Assembly: GCA_965219445.1 (NCBI GenBank)
Contig: CBDCNQ010000004.1
Coordinates: forward strand, 832,001 to 896,000
Length of the DNA: 64,000 nt
From: Longimicrobiales bacterium
Lineage (GTDB): Bacteria > Gemmatimonadota > Gemmatimonadetes > Longimicrobiales > Gaopeijiaceae
Direction: 5' to 3'
Shown: positions 38,255 through 47,638 of the stretch, one piece after another
Layout of the letters: each line of letters opens with the position of its first letter
How positions within the stretch are numbered: position 1 is the stretch's first letter
The notes under the pieces: model-generated
Told to the model about the DNA's origin: nothing
The model's input: only the letters and a program-made list of their open reading frames with translations
Database searches by the model: none
Program-made: the position numbers and the translations under genes

Positions 38255-39109
38255 ATGACGAACCCCAAGAACGCGCCACTCACGCCCATGGAGGCGACGG
38301 CAGAGGTGCTCAACGCCCAGCAGGCCCGCCAGCCGATGGCGCTAATCGTTTCGGTGTCCGGCCCTCCGGAGCTTGTGGGTAAACGGGTGGTGGTCCGTCA
38401 GGCCAAGGGGGGGGCCAAACACCTCGTGGGATCCTTCGGTGATGTCGACCTCGACGACGCGGCCTTGGCGCTCGGAACGAAAAGACTCGAGGAGCGCAGA
38501 ACCTCGACGGAGGGGGTCCACGAGCTGAAGTCGGCCACTGGACCGACGATCCACGTGTATGTCGAGGCGCATCATCCTCATCCGGACCTGGTGATCGTCG
38601 GCGCGGGTCATATCGCACAGCCGATGTGCTCGGTGGGCGCGGTGATGGGCTTTCGCGTCATCGTGGTGGACGATCGGCCCGACTTCGCCACTCGGGAGCG
38701 CTTCCCGGAGGCCGACCGCATCGTTAGGGTCGACTTCAGGGATCCGTTCGCGGACGTCCCCATCCACTCCACGAGTCACGTCGTGCTCGTGACCCGAGGA
38801 CACAAGTACGATTTCGAGTGTCTCCGCCACTTGCTGAAAACCGAGGTGGAGCCACCTTACGTAGGCATGATCGGAAGCCGCCGACGCGTGAGGGCCGCTT
38901 TTTCACAGCTCCAAGGCGAAGGAATGCCGAGGGATCGGCTCTCCCGGGTGCGCGCCCCGGTCGGACTGGACATCGGGGCCGAAACACCCATCGAGATCGC
39001 AGTTGCGGTCCTTGCGGAGATCATCCTCCAATGGAGAGGCGGCACCGGCGCGCCCTTGATGGACCAGGAGCGGATTCTGGATCGATTTTTCAAAGAGACG
39101 GAGCTTTGA
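38255..39109 (+). CDS. XdhC family protein (C-terminal Rossmann domain)
   Basis: GAGHIA, VDDRPDFA, TRGHKYD, YVGMIGSRRR, PVGLDIGAETP. Confidence 0.9.
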   Translation: MTNPKNAPLTPMEATAEVLNAQQARQPMALIVSVSGPPELVGKRVVVRQAKGGAKHLVGSFGDVDLDDAALALGTKRLEERRTSTEGVHELKSATGPTIHVYVEAHHPHPDLVIVGAGHIAQPMCSVGAVMGFRVIVVDDRPDFATRERFPEADRIVRVDFRDPFADVPIHSTSHVVLVTRGHKYDFECLRHLLKTEVEPPYVGMIGSRRRVRAAFSQLQGEGMPRDRLSRVRAPVGLDIGAETPIEIAVAVLAEIILQWRGGTGAPLMDQERILDRFFKETEL

Positions 39110-39121
39110 CAGCCACCGAAA

Positions 39122-39451
39122 ATGAATAGCCACAACGACTACGACCTCTATCAAGCCATCGCCGAAAAGGTCCGTGGGGGCCGCACCATAGCTTTGGCGA
39201 CGATCGTAGCTGCAAAGGGCTCCGTACCTAGGGGTGTGGGAGCCAAGATGCTCGTCGACCCCGGAGAGGAATTGGTGGGCACGGTGGGTGGCGGGTGCGG
39301 TGAGGGAGAGGTGATCGAGGCCGCGCACGAGGTGATCCGCACCGGAGAGGCCCAGATGGTCTCGGTGGACCTGACCGAGGATCTGCTGTCGCTGAGTCCG
39401 GCGGTGTGCGGAGGCACGATGGAGATTTTCGTGGAGGCCATCAGCGAGTGA
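39122..39451 (+). CDS. Stand-alone XdhC/CoxI domain protein
   Basis: GSVPRGVGAKM, GTVGGGCGE, CGG. Confidence 0.88.
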   Translation: MNSHNDYDLYQAIAEKVRGGRTIALATIVAAKGSVPRGVGAKMLVDPGEELVGTVGGGCGEGEVIEAAHEVIRTGEAQMVSVDLTEDLLSLSPAVCGGTMEIFVEAISE

Positions 39452-39454
39452 CGG

Positions 39455-40003
39455 ATGTCAGCAGCGACGGATGAGGGCCCGCCACTCGTCCGAATTCACT
39501 ACCTCAGGCCGCCCGATCGGGAGCAGGTCTACACTCAGTATCTGATCCACGAGGAAGACGGCGTAAAGGTCACCTACGCCCGTGACCTGAACCTCGAGTC
39601 ACCGATTCGAATCGCCGGAGACGTGGTACTGGAGACCGGTTCCGATGCGATCTGGTTCACCTTCCCCGACGCCTGGCACGATATCGGAATCTTCCATCGT
39701 GCCGACGGCTCGTTTACCGGCACGTACGCGAACATCCTGACCCCGTGCGTCTTCGAAGAGGGCGGGATCTGGCGGACCACCGATCTGTTCCTCGATCTCT
39801 GGCTCGATCCGACCGGGCACCTCCTGACGCTCGACGAGCAAGATCTGAACGAAGCGGAGGTGAGCGGATGGGTCGATCCGGATACTGCTCGGCGGGCCCG
39901 GGAAGAGGTCAGGACGCTGTCCGCGCAGGCTGCAGCCGGGCTCTGGCCCCCGGGCATTGTCGGGGAGTGGACCCTCGCCCGAGCCCGGGAGTTGATCGCC
40001 TGA
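39455..40003 (+). CDS. DUF402 domain protein
   Basis: YANI, DLFLDLW, LDEQDL. Confidence 0.75.
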   Translation: MSAATDEGPPLVRIHYLRPPDREQVYTQYLIHEEDGVKVTYARDLNLESPIRIAGDVVLETGSDAIWFTFPDAWHDIGIFHRADGSFTGTYANILTPCVFEEGGIWRTTDLFLDLWLDPTGHLLTLDEQDLNEAEVSGWVDPDTARRAREEVRTLSAQAAAGLWPPGIVGEWTLARARELIA

Positions 40004-40025
40004 CTCGCTTTACACAGCGAGCGGT

Positions 40026-40235
40026 TTAGTCGCTTGCACTCTCGTTAGCCAACTCAGCGGAGCAGACGCGGGAGAGGTCTACGTGAAGTCGCTTCAGCAC
40101 GGTGGGGTCTTCCCTGAGACAGTCGATCAACCGGTCATAGCCTGCCATCGACTCGGCAGGTATTTCGACCTCCTCGTGGTGAAACGATCCGTCATCGGCA
40201 AAAAGCAGCCGGATCGTGGCGAGTTTCTCGCTCAA
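40026..40235 (-). CDS. Small hypothetical protein
   Basis: 69-aa ORF overlapping the DsbA stop in an operon arrangement. Confidence 0.6.
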   Translation of the reverse strand: MSEKLATIRLLFADDGSFHHEEVEIPAESMAGYDRLIDCLREDPTVLKRLHVDLSRVCSAELANESASD

Positions 40236-40984
40236 ACGCCGTCTCCGGCGTCCTCCTCAAGCAGTCGGTCGATCACGTCTTTGACCCCCTCGAACTCATT
40301 CCAACGCACCACGCGAATAGCCATGCCCCCACCCTTGCTCACGAAGATCGTCGGAGTGCCGCTCACACCCAATTCCATGCCCAAGCGCATGTTGGCGCTG
40401 ACCACCTCGGCGTGACGGTCACTGTCGAGACAGTTGGAGAAGTCATCCGTGTCGAGACCGATCGCGGCAGCATAGCCTTCAAAGGCGCCCATGGGAGAAC
40501 TCTGGCTCCCCGCCCACGACGACTGGCGCGAGAACAGTTGATCGTGGAAGGGCCAGAAGTACTGATCACCCTGATCATGCGCGCAGCGCGCAGCCCGGGC
40601 CGCAAGGAACGCGTGAAAGTGTCCCGCAACGAGGGGAAAGTCGTGGAATACGAATCGGGCGATTCCCGACTCGACGTACATCAAATCGATCTGAGGCTTC
40701 ACGAAGGTGGCGAACTGTTGGCAGGCGGGGCATTGAAAGTCGCCGAACTCCAGGATCGTTATGGGCGCGTCGGGGTCCCCGCGCTCGACGCCGGTCGCCG
40801 TCTCAACCAACCACGCGAGGTCCTCTATTTCGCCCTGCACGATGCTCGCGACCGGCTGAGTCGCGGCAGAGCTCAGGCCACCCCCCACAGCCGACCACCC
40901 GAGAGCTCCAGCAGCGATCGCGGCCGTCGCACCCAAAACCCACCAAAACGCCTTGAGATCCCCGCCATTATTCTTAGCCACCAT
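40232..40984 (-). CDS. DsbA/thioredoxin-fold protein
   Basis: N-terminal TM; DFQCPAC, DFPL, GTPT. Confidence 0.9.
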   Translation of the reverse strand: MVAKNNGGDLKAFWWVLGATAAIAAGALGWSAVGGGLSSAATQPVASIVQGEIEDLAWLVETATGVERGDPDAPITILEFGDFQCPACQQFATFVKPQIDLMYVESGIARFVFHDFPLVAGHFHAFLAARAARCAHDQGDQYFWPFHDQLFSRQSSWAGSQSSPMGAFEGYAAAIGLDTDDFSNCLDSDRHAEVVSANMRLGMELGVSGTPTIFVSKGGGMAIRVVRWNEFEGVKDVIDRLLEEDAGDGV

Positions 40985-41137
40985 TCACTCCATTGCTCGA
41001 TGTACGGCCACGGCATGGCCCCCGTACCACTGATGTAGCACGCTACACGGACTCGCCTAAGATGCTCCCCAACGTGACTCAGTGCAATCAGGGCTGGAGA
41101 GCTTCCATATGATCAAGGCGGGCGAGCTTCGACGCGA

Positions 41138-41821
41138 TCAGGTCAGGAGAGCTTCCATGACCGAGGCGATATTGGAAAGATCGTCGAAAACCGCGTCGGC
41201 CCCGGTGGTCTCGAGCCGCTCCCGCGAGATTCGCCCGGTCGCCACGGCGATTGTTCTCATCCCCTCGTGCTTTCCGCACTCCACGTCTCGGTGAGTGTCA
41301 CCCACGATGACGGCCGATTCCGCGGAAAAGCGTACGCCCCAGGCGTTGAACGCCCGCTCGAGCGCGATGGCCGGCAAGTGCTCACGAACCTCGTGATCGG
41401 AGCCGTATCCGCCCACCGTGAGGCGCTCGGCAAGTCCGACAGACCCGAGCTTCACCCGGGCCCCTCGAATGATGTTGCCGGTGACCAGCCCCAACGCCAC
41501 ATCGGGTTCGGCAGCGAGAGCCTCGATGAGGCCCGCCACTCCTGGTAGCAGCCTCATCGGATTGTCGCTGATGCGAGCCTCGAGCTCTCCGACGTAACGG
41601 TCCCAAAGCTGGGGGAGCCCAGCATCGACGGCAGCGTCCTCCAGCCCAGCATCCGTCAGAAGCTCTCGGGCGATCTGCGGATCGGTCTTTCCCGAAAATT
41701 CGTGAGAATCAATCGATCCGGCGGTACCGAACGTCTCCAACATCGCAGTGTGGAAGGCGACCTTGGCCGGCCCCCCTCGCACAAGCGTGCCGTCGATGTC
41801 GAAGAGAACGAGCGTGCGCAT
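41138..41821 (-). CDS. HAD-family hydrolase
   Basis: FDIDGTL, TGN, VGDT..D. Confidence 0.9.
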   Translation of the reverse strand: MRTLVLFDIDGTLVRGGPAKVAFHTAMLETFGTAGSIDSHEFSGKTDPQIARELLTDAGLEDAAVDAGLPQLWDRYVGELEARISDNPMRLLPGVAGLIEALAAEPDVALGLVTGNIIRGARVKLGSVGLAERLTVGGYGSDHEVREHLPAIALERAFNAWGVRFSAESAVIVGDTHRDVECGKHEGMRTIAVATGRISRERLETTGADAVFDDLSNIASVMEALLT

Positions 41822-41824
41822 CGA

Positions 41825-42781
41825 TCACAGATCCACGAGCAGGGCCGGGTCCACGTTCCCGCCGCTCACAACCGCAACGACGCCGAGCCCCTCCGACTCC
41901 ACCCGGCCGCTCCGCAACGCGGCAACCGTGGCGGCTCCGGAGAATTCGACCACCAGTCTCTGCTGCTTGAACAGGAGCGAGGCAGCGGAGCGGATCGCAT
42001 CGTCATCCACGAGCACGACTTCATCCACAAACTCGCGGACATGCTTGAAGGTCAAATCCCCGGTGCGCACCGGCACGAGGCCGTCCGCGACGGAGGCGCA
42101 ATGATCGAGCATGACCGGACCGCCGGCCTCGAGAGCCGCCGTCATGGACGCGCCGCCTGTCGGCTCCACCCCGAAGATCCGGACGTCGTGCCGCAGTCGG
42201 CGAAGGGCCGCCGCGGTTCCGCTGCACAGCCCTCCACCGCCGATGGGCACCAATACCGAGTCGAACGCATCCCAATCCTCGGCGATCTCGAGCCCCACCG
42301 TGCCGGCACCGGCGATGATCGTGGCGTCATCAAAGGGCGGGACCATCACGAGTCCCCGCTCCTTGGCGATCGACTCCGCTCTGGCCATCCGTTCAAGGGA
42401 AGTCGTTCCCTCCAGCACGACTTCGGCACCCAACCGCTGTGCCGCGTCTAGCTTGATCTGAGGCGACGTGGTCGGCATCACCACGACGGCCCGGGTTCCG
42501 TGGAGTTGAGCGGCCAACGTGACCGCCTGTGCGTGGTTTCCGGATGAGTAGGTGATCACGCCCCTCGAGCGGACGTCAACGGAGAGCCGGGAAACGTAGT
42601 TGTACGCCCCCCGAAATTTGAAGGAACCCGCCCGCTGAAGAGATTCCAGCTTGAGTCGGATGTCGGAACCCAACTCACGCGTCAATACGTCTGAAGGATA
42701 GAGCGGGGTACGCACGATGGCCGGGCGGATCCTCTCGTGCGCTTCCCTGATGGCATCCAATCCGACTAGGTCGTCACTCAC
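41825..42781 (-). CDS. Threonine/serine dehydratase (PLP-dependent)
   Basis: [29 protein letters not shown] start overlaps the gyrA end. Confidence 0.92.
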   Translation of the reverse strand: MSDDLVGLDAIREAHERIRPAIVRTPLYPSDVLTRELGSDIRLKLESLQRAGSFKFRGAYNYVSRLSVDVRSRGVITYSSGNHAQAVTLAAQLHGTRAVVVMPTTSPQIKLDAAQRLGAEVVLEGTTSLERMARAESIAKERGLVMVPPFDDATIIAGAGTVGLEIAEDWDAFDSVLVPIGGGGLCSGTAAALRRLRHDVRIFGVEPTGGASMTAALEAGGPVMLDHCASVADGLVPVRTGDLTFKHVREFVDEVVLVDDDAIRSAASLLFKQQRLVVEFSGAATVAALRSGRVESEGLGVVAVVSGGNVDPALLVDL

Positions 42782-45326
42782 CTTCCGTGTCGGGGTCCAT
42801 CCCGACCGCTTCACCGGCCACCGAGTCCACGGAGGCCCCGGCACCGTCTTCGGCCCCCCCAGACGCTGACAAAGCCACCCCCGGATCCTCCGGAATCACA
42901 CGAGCCACGTCCATGACGCTGTCGTCGGCATCGAGGTTGACGAGGCGAACACCCTGTGTCGCTCGGCCGATCACACGGATCTCCTCGATGCGTTGACGAT
43001 TGATGACCCCGTTCCGAGTGATCACCATGAGCTCGTCCTCGGGTACCACTGACTTGATCGCGACCACCTTCCCCGTCCTCTTGGTGGTCTTCAGGTTGAT
43101 CACGCCCTTCCCGCCGCGCGCCTGGAGCCGGTAGGCGTCTATCTCGGAGCGCTTTCCCATCCCCGATTCGGACACCACGAGCAACGTGGCTTTGTCACGC
43201 GCCACCACCACCATGCCGACCACGCGGTCGTCGCCACGCAGACGGATGCCTCGGACGCCCTCCGCTACCCGACCCATCGCACGAGCGTCCGACTCGTGAA
43301 AGCGGATCGCGAGGCCGTCCCGCGTCGCGAGGAGCACCTCGTCGTCTCCGCCGGTGACCTGAACATCGATCAACTCATCCCCCTCACGGATGTTGATCCC
43401 GATCAGGCCCACCGAACGCACATTTCCGTACGCCGACAGCGCGGTCTTTTTGATCTTGCCACCTCTGGTGCAAAACAAGAGGTAGCGATCGTCCGAGAAC
43501 CCCCGGACCGGAACCACCGACGCGATCTCGTCCGCGGGATCGATGTTCAGGAGGTTCACGATCGGCTTTCCGCGCGAATGCCGGCCGGCCGCCGGGATCT
43601 GCCACACCTTCAGCCAATGGCACTGACCCGACCGGGTGAAGATCATCAGGTATTCGTGAGCGGACGCCACAAAGAGGTGCTCGACCCAGTCCTCGTCCTT
43701 GGTGCCCATCCCCTGCAGCCCCCGTCCTCCACGCCTCTGGGCGCGGTAGGTGTCGACCTCGGTCCGCTTCACGTAGCCCTCGCGCGAGACCGTGATGACC
43801 ATCTCCTCATCCGCGATCAGGTCCTCGACGTTCAACGAAGAGGCGTCCCCGACGATCTCGCTCCGCCGTTCGTCTCCGTACTTCTTATCGATCGCCTCGA
43901 ACTCCTCGCAGATGATCTCCATCCTGCGATCGCGGCTCTCGAGAATCCCGCGAAGCTCCTCGACCGTAGCAAGCACCGCGGTGAGTTCCTCTTCGAGCTT
44001 CTCCATCTCCAGCCCGGTGAGCCGGGCCAACCGCATATCCAGGATCGCCTTGGCTTGCTTCTCCGACAGCTCGAAGGACTCCTGCAGACGCTCCGACGCG
44101 ATCTCGGCATCCCGTGAGCCCCGGATGATCTTGATCACCTCGTCGATATTGTCGACCGCGATCTTGAGGCCCTCGAGGATGTGCGCTCGCTCCTCGGCTC
44201 TGTTCAGATCGAAGGCCGTCCGACGCACGACCACCACGTGGCGATGATCGATGAAGTGCTGTAGCATCTGCCGGAGCGTAAGGACGCGAGGTACCCCATC
44301 GACGAGAGCCAGCAGAATCGTGCCGAACGTCGACTGCATCTGCGTGTGCTTGTACAGCCGGTTCAAGACGATCTGCGGGATGGCGTCCTTCTTGAGCTCG
44401 ATTACGATCCGGAGTCCGTCCCGGTCGGATTCGTCTCGCATGTCACGGATGTCAGTCAGCTTCTTGTCCCGCACGAGCTGGGCGATCTGCTCGATCAGGC
44501 GGGACTTGTTGACCATATATGGAATCTCCGTCACGACGATCCGTTCGGAGTTCGTATCCATCTCCTCGATCGTGGCGCGCGCGCGCATGACGATGCGGCC
44601 CCGGCCCGTTCGGTAGGCATCTTCGATGCCCGAGCGGCCACAGATGAACCCGCCCGTCGGGAAGTCGGGACCTGTCACGAGCTGCTCGAGACGCTCCTGC
44701 GGAAGCTCGGGATCGGAAATCAGCGCCGTCGCCGCCGCGAGGACCTCCCGAAGGTTGTGCGGTGGAATGTTGGTGGCCATTCCAACGGCGATTCCCGAAC
44801 TGCCGTTGACCAGCAAGTTCGGCACCTTCGCTGGAAGAACCGTCGGCTCCTCCAGTCGCCCGTCGAAGTTGGGCGTGAAGGCGACCGTCTCCTTCTCGAT
44901 GTCCTCTAGAAGCTCCCCCGCCAGGGAGGTCAGGCGGGCCTCCGTGTACCGGTATGCCGCCGCCGAATCGCCGTCGATGGACCCGAAATTCCCCTGGCCG
45001 TCGACGAGGGGATAGCGAAGCGAGAACTCCTGGACCATCCGCACCATTGAGTCGTACACGGCGGAGTCGCCGTGGGGGTGGTACTTACCGAGCACGTCCC
45101 CGACCACCGTGGCCGATTTCTTGTACCCCCGCCCCGAGCTCAGCCCGAGCTCGCTCATGGCGTACAGGATGCGCCTGTGAACCGGCTTCAGACCATCGCA
45201 TACATCGGGGAGCGCTCTCTGCACGATGACGCTCATCGAGTAGTCGATGAATGAATCGCGCATTTCGTCTTCGAGAAGGCGTTCGAGAACCTTCTCCCCA
45301 CCCAATATGAGTTCGTCGTCTGCCAT
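42774..45326 (-). CDS. gyrA: DNA gyrase subunit A
   Basis: [25 protein letters not shown], GyrA-box QRRGGRG. Confidence 0.97.
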   Translation of the reverse strand: MADDELILGGEKVLERLLEDEMRDSFIDYSMSVIVQRALPDVCDGLKPVHRRILYAMSELGLSSGRGYKKSATVVGDVLGKYHPHGDSAVYDSMVRMVQEFSLRYPLVDGQGNFGSIDGDSAAAYRYTEARLTSLAGELLEDIEKETVAFTPNFDGRLEEPTVLPAKVPNLLVNGSSGIAVGMATNIPPHNLREVLAAATALISDPELPQERLEQLVTGPDFPTGGFICGRSGIEDAYRTGRGRIVMRARATIEEMDTNSERIVVTEIPYMVNKSRLIEQIAQLVRDKKLTDIRDMRDESDRDGLRIVIELKKDAIPQIVLNRLYKHTQMQSTFGTILLALVDGVPRVLTLRQMLQHFIDHRHVVVVRRTAFDLNRAEERAHILEGLKIAVDNIDEVIKIIRGSRDAEIASERLQESFELSEKQAKAILDMRLARLTGLEMEKLEEELTAVLATVEELRGILESRDRRMEIICEEFEAIDKKYGDERRSEIVGDASSLNVEDLIADEEMVITVSREGYVKRTEVDTYRAQRRGGRGLQGMGTKDEDWVEHLFVASAHEYLMIFTRSGQCHWLKVWQIPAAGRHSRGKPIVNLLNIDPADEIASVVPVRGFSDDRYLLFCTRGGKIKKTALSAYGNVRSVGLIGINIREGDELIDVQVTGGDDEVLLATRDGLAIRFHESDARAMGRVAEGVRGIRLRGDDRVVGMVVVARDKATLLVVSESGMGKRSEIDAYRLQARGGKGVINLKTTKRTGKVVAIKSVVPEDELMVITRNGVINRQRIEEIRVIGRATQGVRLVNLDADDSVMDVARVIPEDPGVALSASGGAEDGAGASVDSVAGEAVGMDPDTEGE

Positions 45327-45539
45327 CAGTCAGCCTTGAAAGGAAGCCGGTGCGTCCCTGTCGATCGACCGGTCCAGGCTGAATCGGCGATAGCCTGCAT
45401 GAGGCGGGTGACGGTGACGCGGAAGGTGCCGGCAGCGAGGGCGTTGCGAGACGCAAAAAAAGCGTTGTTCGAGAGTTCGAGGGAGCGCCTCAAAGAGACT
45501 CCACGAAGGGAGGTTGCATCGGTCCTAAGTTGTTGAAAA

Positions 45540-46460
45540 CTAACGAAAAAGCAGCCCTCGAACAATTCCCGGAGAGACCGCTCGCTCTAGCCACGCACTC
45601 GTCTGCCGGGGGGTCGCCGCGTCGGTGGATAGCTCTCCTTTGATCTCATCCGCGATGGCGCCGGCCACCTCATTCTGGAGGGCCAGGACATCCGAGAAGC
45701 TTCTTTCGTAGCTGCGAGCCCGGATGTGGGTGTCACTCGCTCCGTGGATCAACTGCACTGTGATTCGGACGTCGTCGCCCGCACGAAACACCGAGCCCTC
45801 CACGACCGCCTCCACGCCGAGCTCATGCGCAATTACGGGAATGGTCTTGTCGGTCACCGCGTACTGCGCCACGGACGTCCTGGATACGACCCGAACCTCC
45901 GGAAACTGGCTCAGGCGCTCGAGCAACACCTCGTGCATGCCCGGGGCGAAGTAGTCCTGCTCGGCGTCTTCCGAAAAATCCTGTAACGGCAGGACCGCGA
46001 GAGAACGGATCGCTTCGTCCGGGTCGTAGGCCCTAGGAATGACGGATGGCCCCAGAACGCCGTTCACTGTATCGGTGCCCCGAACGGTGTTCAGAATCCA
46101 CCAGGAACCGACGCCGCCCACAGCGAGCAGCGTCACGGCCAGAAAAGCCAGACGAGGAAGAACACCGGCAGCGGTACCGGCGGGGTCGTGATCGCCCTCA
46201 CGATCGAGAGCTGCCGTCACCTGGATGCCGTCGGCTGTGATATCGAAAACCCAGGCTAGCGCCACGACGACGGGGAATCCCAGAATCGTGAAGACCACGA
46301 CGAGCTGGAGAGCCCACTCGGCCGAGAAGGCGGGTAGGACGATTTCACCGAGCTGTAACACCACGAAGGCGACGGCCGCGTAGCCCACAGCCACCCGGAA
46401 GACATGACGACGCCGAAGCTCCACCAGGAAGCACGAAAATTTGGAAGGCTGTTCACCCAT
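45540..46460 (-). pseudogene. Truncated membrane protein with TolB-like N-terminal domain (TPR region missing)
   Basis: ELRRRHVFRVAVGY, TMs, SLAVLPL..DYFA, VRITVQLI. Stops about 30 aa after the domain, where such proteins normally continue into TPRs. Confidence 0.6.
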
Positions 46461-46629
46461 GGTCTTCAGCCAGTCAGTCCAATGTACCGCGGATACTCGA
46501 CCTTCTCTCAACATCGCTCTGCCCTCACCCTCTTTCAAACTTTCCGACGCCTCAATCGCTAGGCGACTCTTGAATTACTAGACGAGGGACGTGCCGAAAC
46601 GGTCACATCGATTCACACGCCATAACCCT

Positions 46630-47637
46630 TCAGGCCACGGCAACGAAGTCCGTGACCTCTTTCCAGCCCGCGGATTCGAGTTCGGCCCGGATCTCCGATC
46701 GGACGCCCTCTTGGCCGACCGCCGCCACGAAGAAGCCGTCCCGATAATCGCCGATCTCGGACGGGGGTATGACGGGGGCTCCATAAATGCACTGATCGAT
46801 CTTCCGCGGATTCAAATCGACGAACGCCCGGACGGTCCCGCCCTGCTCCTGGACCTCCCGCGCGAATGCCTTCCCGATGGGACCGGCTCCCCAAACCACC
46901 ACGCCATCGCGATCCCGCACCAGCGTGGCGAGCAGGTAGTGCACCTTGCAGCGCCGAAAGGCCTCGGGCGTATATGCCTCATTCCTAACGGAAGCCCGAT
47001 CGTCTCGGATCCGCCACTGGAGCAGCACGTGATCGACCGCCGCCAGACGGGCGCCAGACCGCCACAGACGAAGCAACAGATCGTAGTCCTCCGGCCACCC
47101 CCGGTCGACGTATCCGCCCACTTCCGCCACGACACTCGTCCTCAAGAAGAAGGTAGGGTGCGCCAGCGGGCATTCGACGAACAGATTCCTTTCCACATCC
47201 TCCGGGGTGCGAATCTTGTTGATCCAGTCCTCGTACCGTCGACCCCCGTCACGGAGAGCAGCCGTAGGGAAGTACCGCACACCCGCACCGCAACCGGCCA
47301 GGTCGGGTCTCCTCTCCAGTAGCGCGAACTGTTCGGCGAACCGAACCGGCTCCGCAATGTCATCGGCGTCCATACGTGCCAGATAACGGCCACCCGCGAG
47401 CGCCCGACCCGCTTCGAGCGCGCGAACGATCCCCCCGGGGGCCTGGCGGACCAGGCTGACGCGGGAGTCTTCAGTGGCCCATGCCGAAAGGAGCAGCGCG
47501 CTCTCGTCCGTCGAGCCATCGTCCACCGCGAGCACCTCGAAGTCCTCGAAAGTCTGAGCGCGAAGCGACGCGATGCACTCGGGCAAGTACGGCGCTGCGT
47601 CGCGCACCGGGAGAAGGACCGAAATCGCCGGCGGCAT
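46630..47637 (-). CDS. Glycosyltransferase family 2
   Basis: SVLLPV, DDGSTD, ARMDADD, EDYDL. Confidence 0.92.
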   Translation of the reverse strand: MPPAISVLLPVRDAAPYLPECIASLRAQTFEDFEVLAVDDGSTDESALLLSAWATEDSRVSLVRQAPGGIVRALEAGRALAGGRYLARMDADDIAEPVRFAEQFALLERRPDLAGCGAGVRYFPTAALRDGGRRYEDWINKIRTPEDVERNLFVECPLAHPTFFLRTSVVAEVGGYVDRGWPEDYDLLLRLWRSGARLAAVDHVLLQWRIRDDRASVRNEAYTPEAFRRCKVHYLLATLVRDRDGVVVWGAGPIGKAFAREVQEQGGTVRAFVDLNPRKIDQCIYGAPVIPPSEIGDYRDGFFVAAVGQEGVRSEIRAELESAGWKEVTDFVAVA

Positions 47638-47638
47638 T

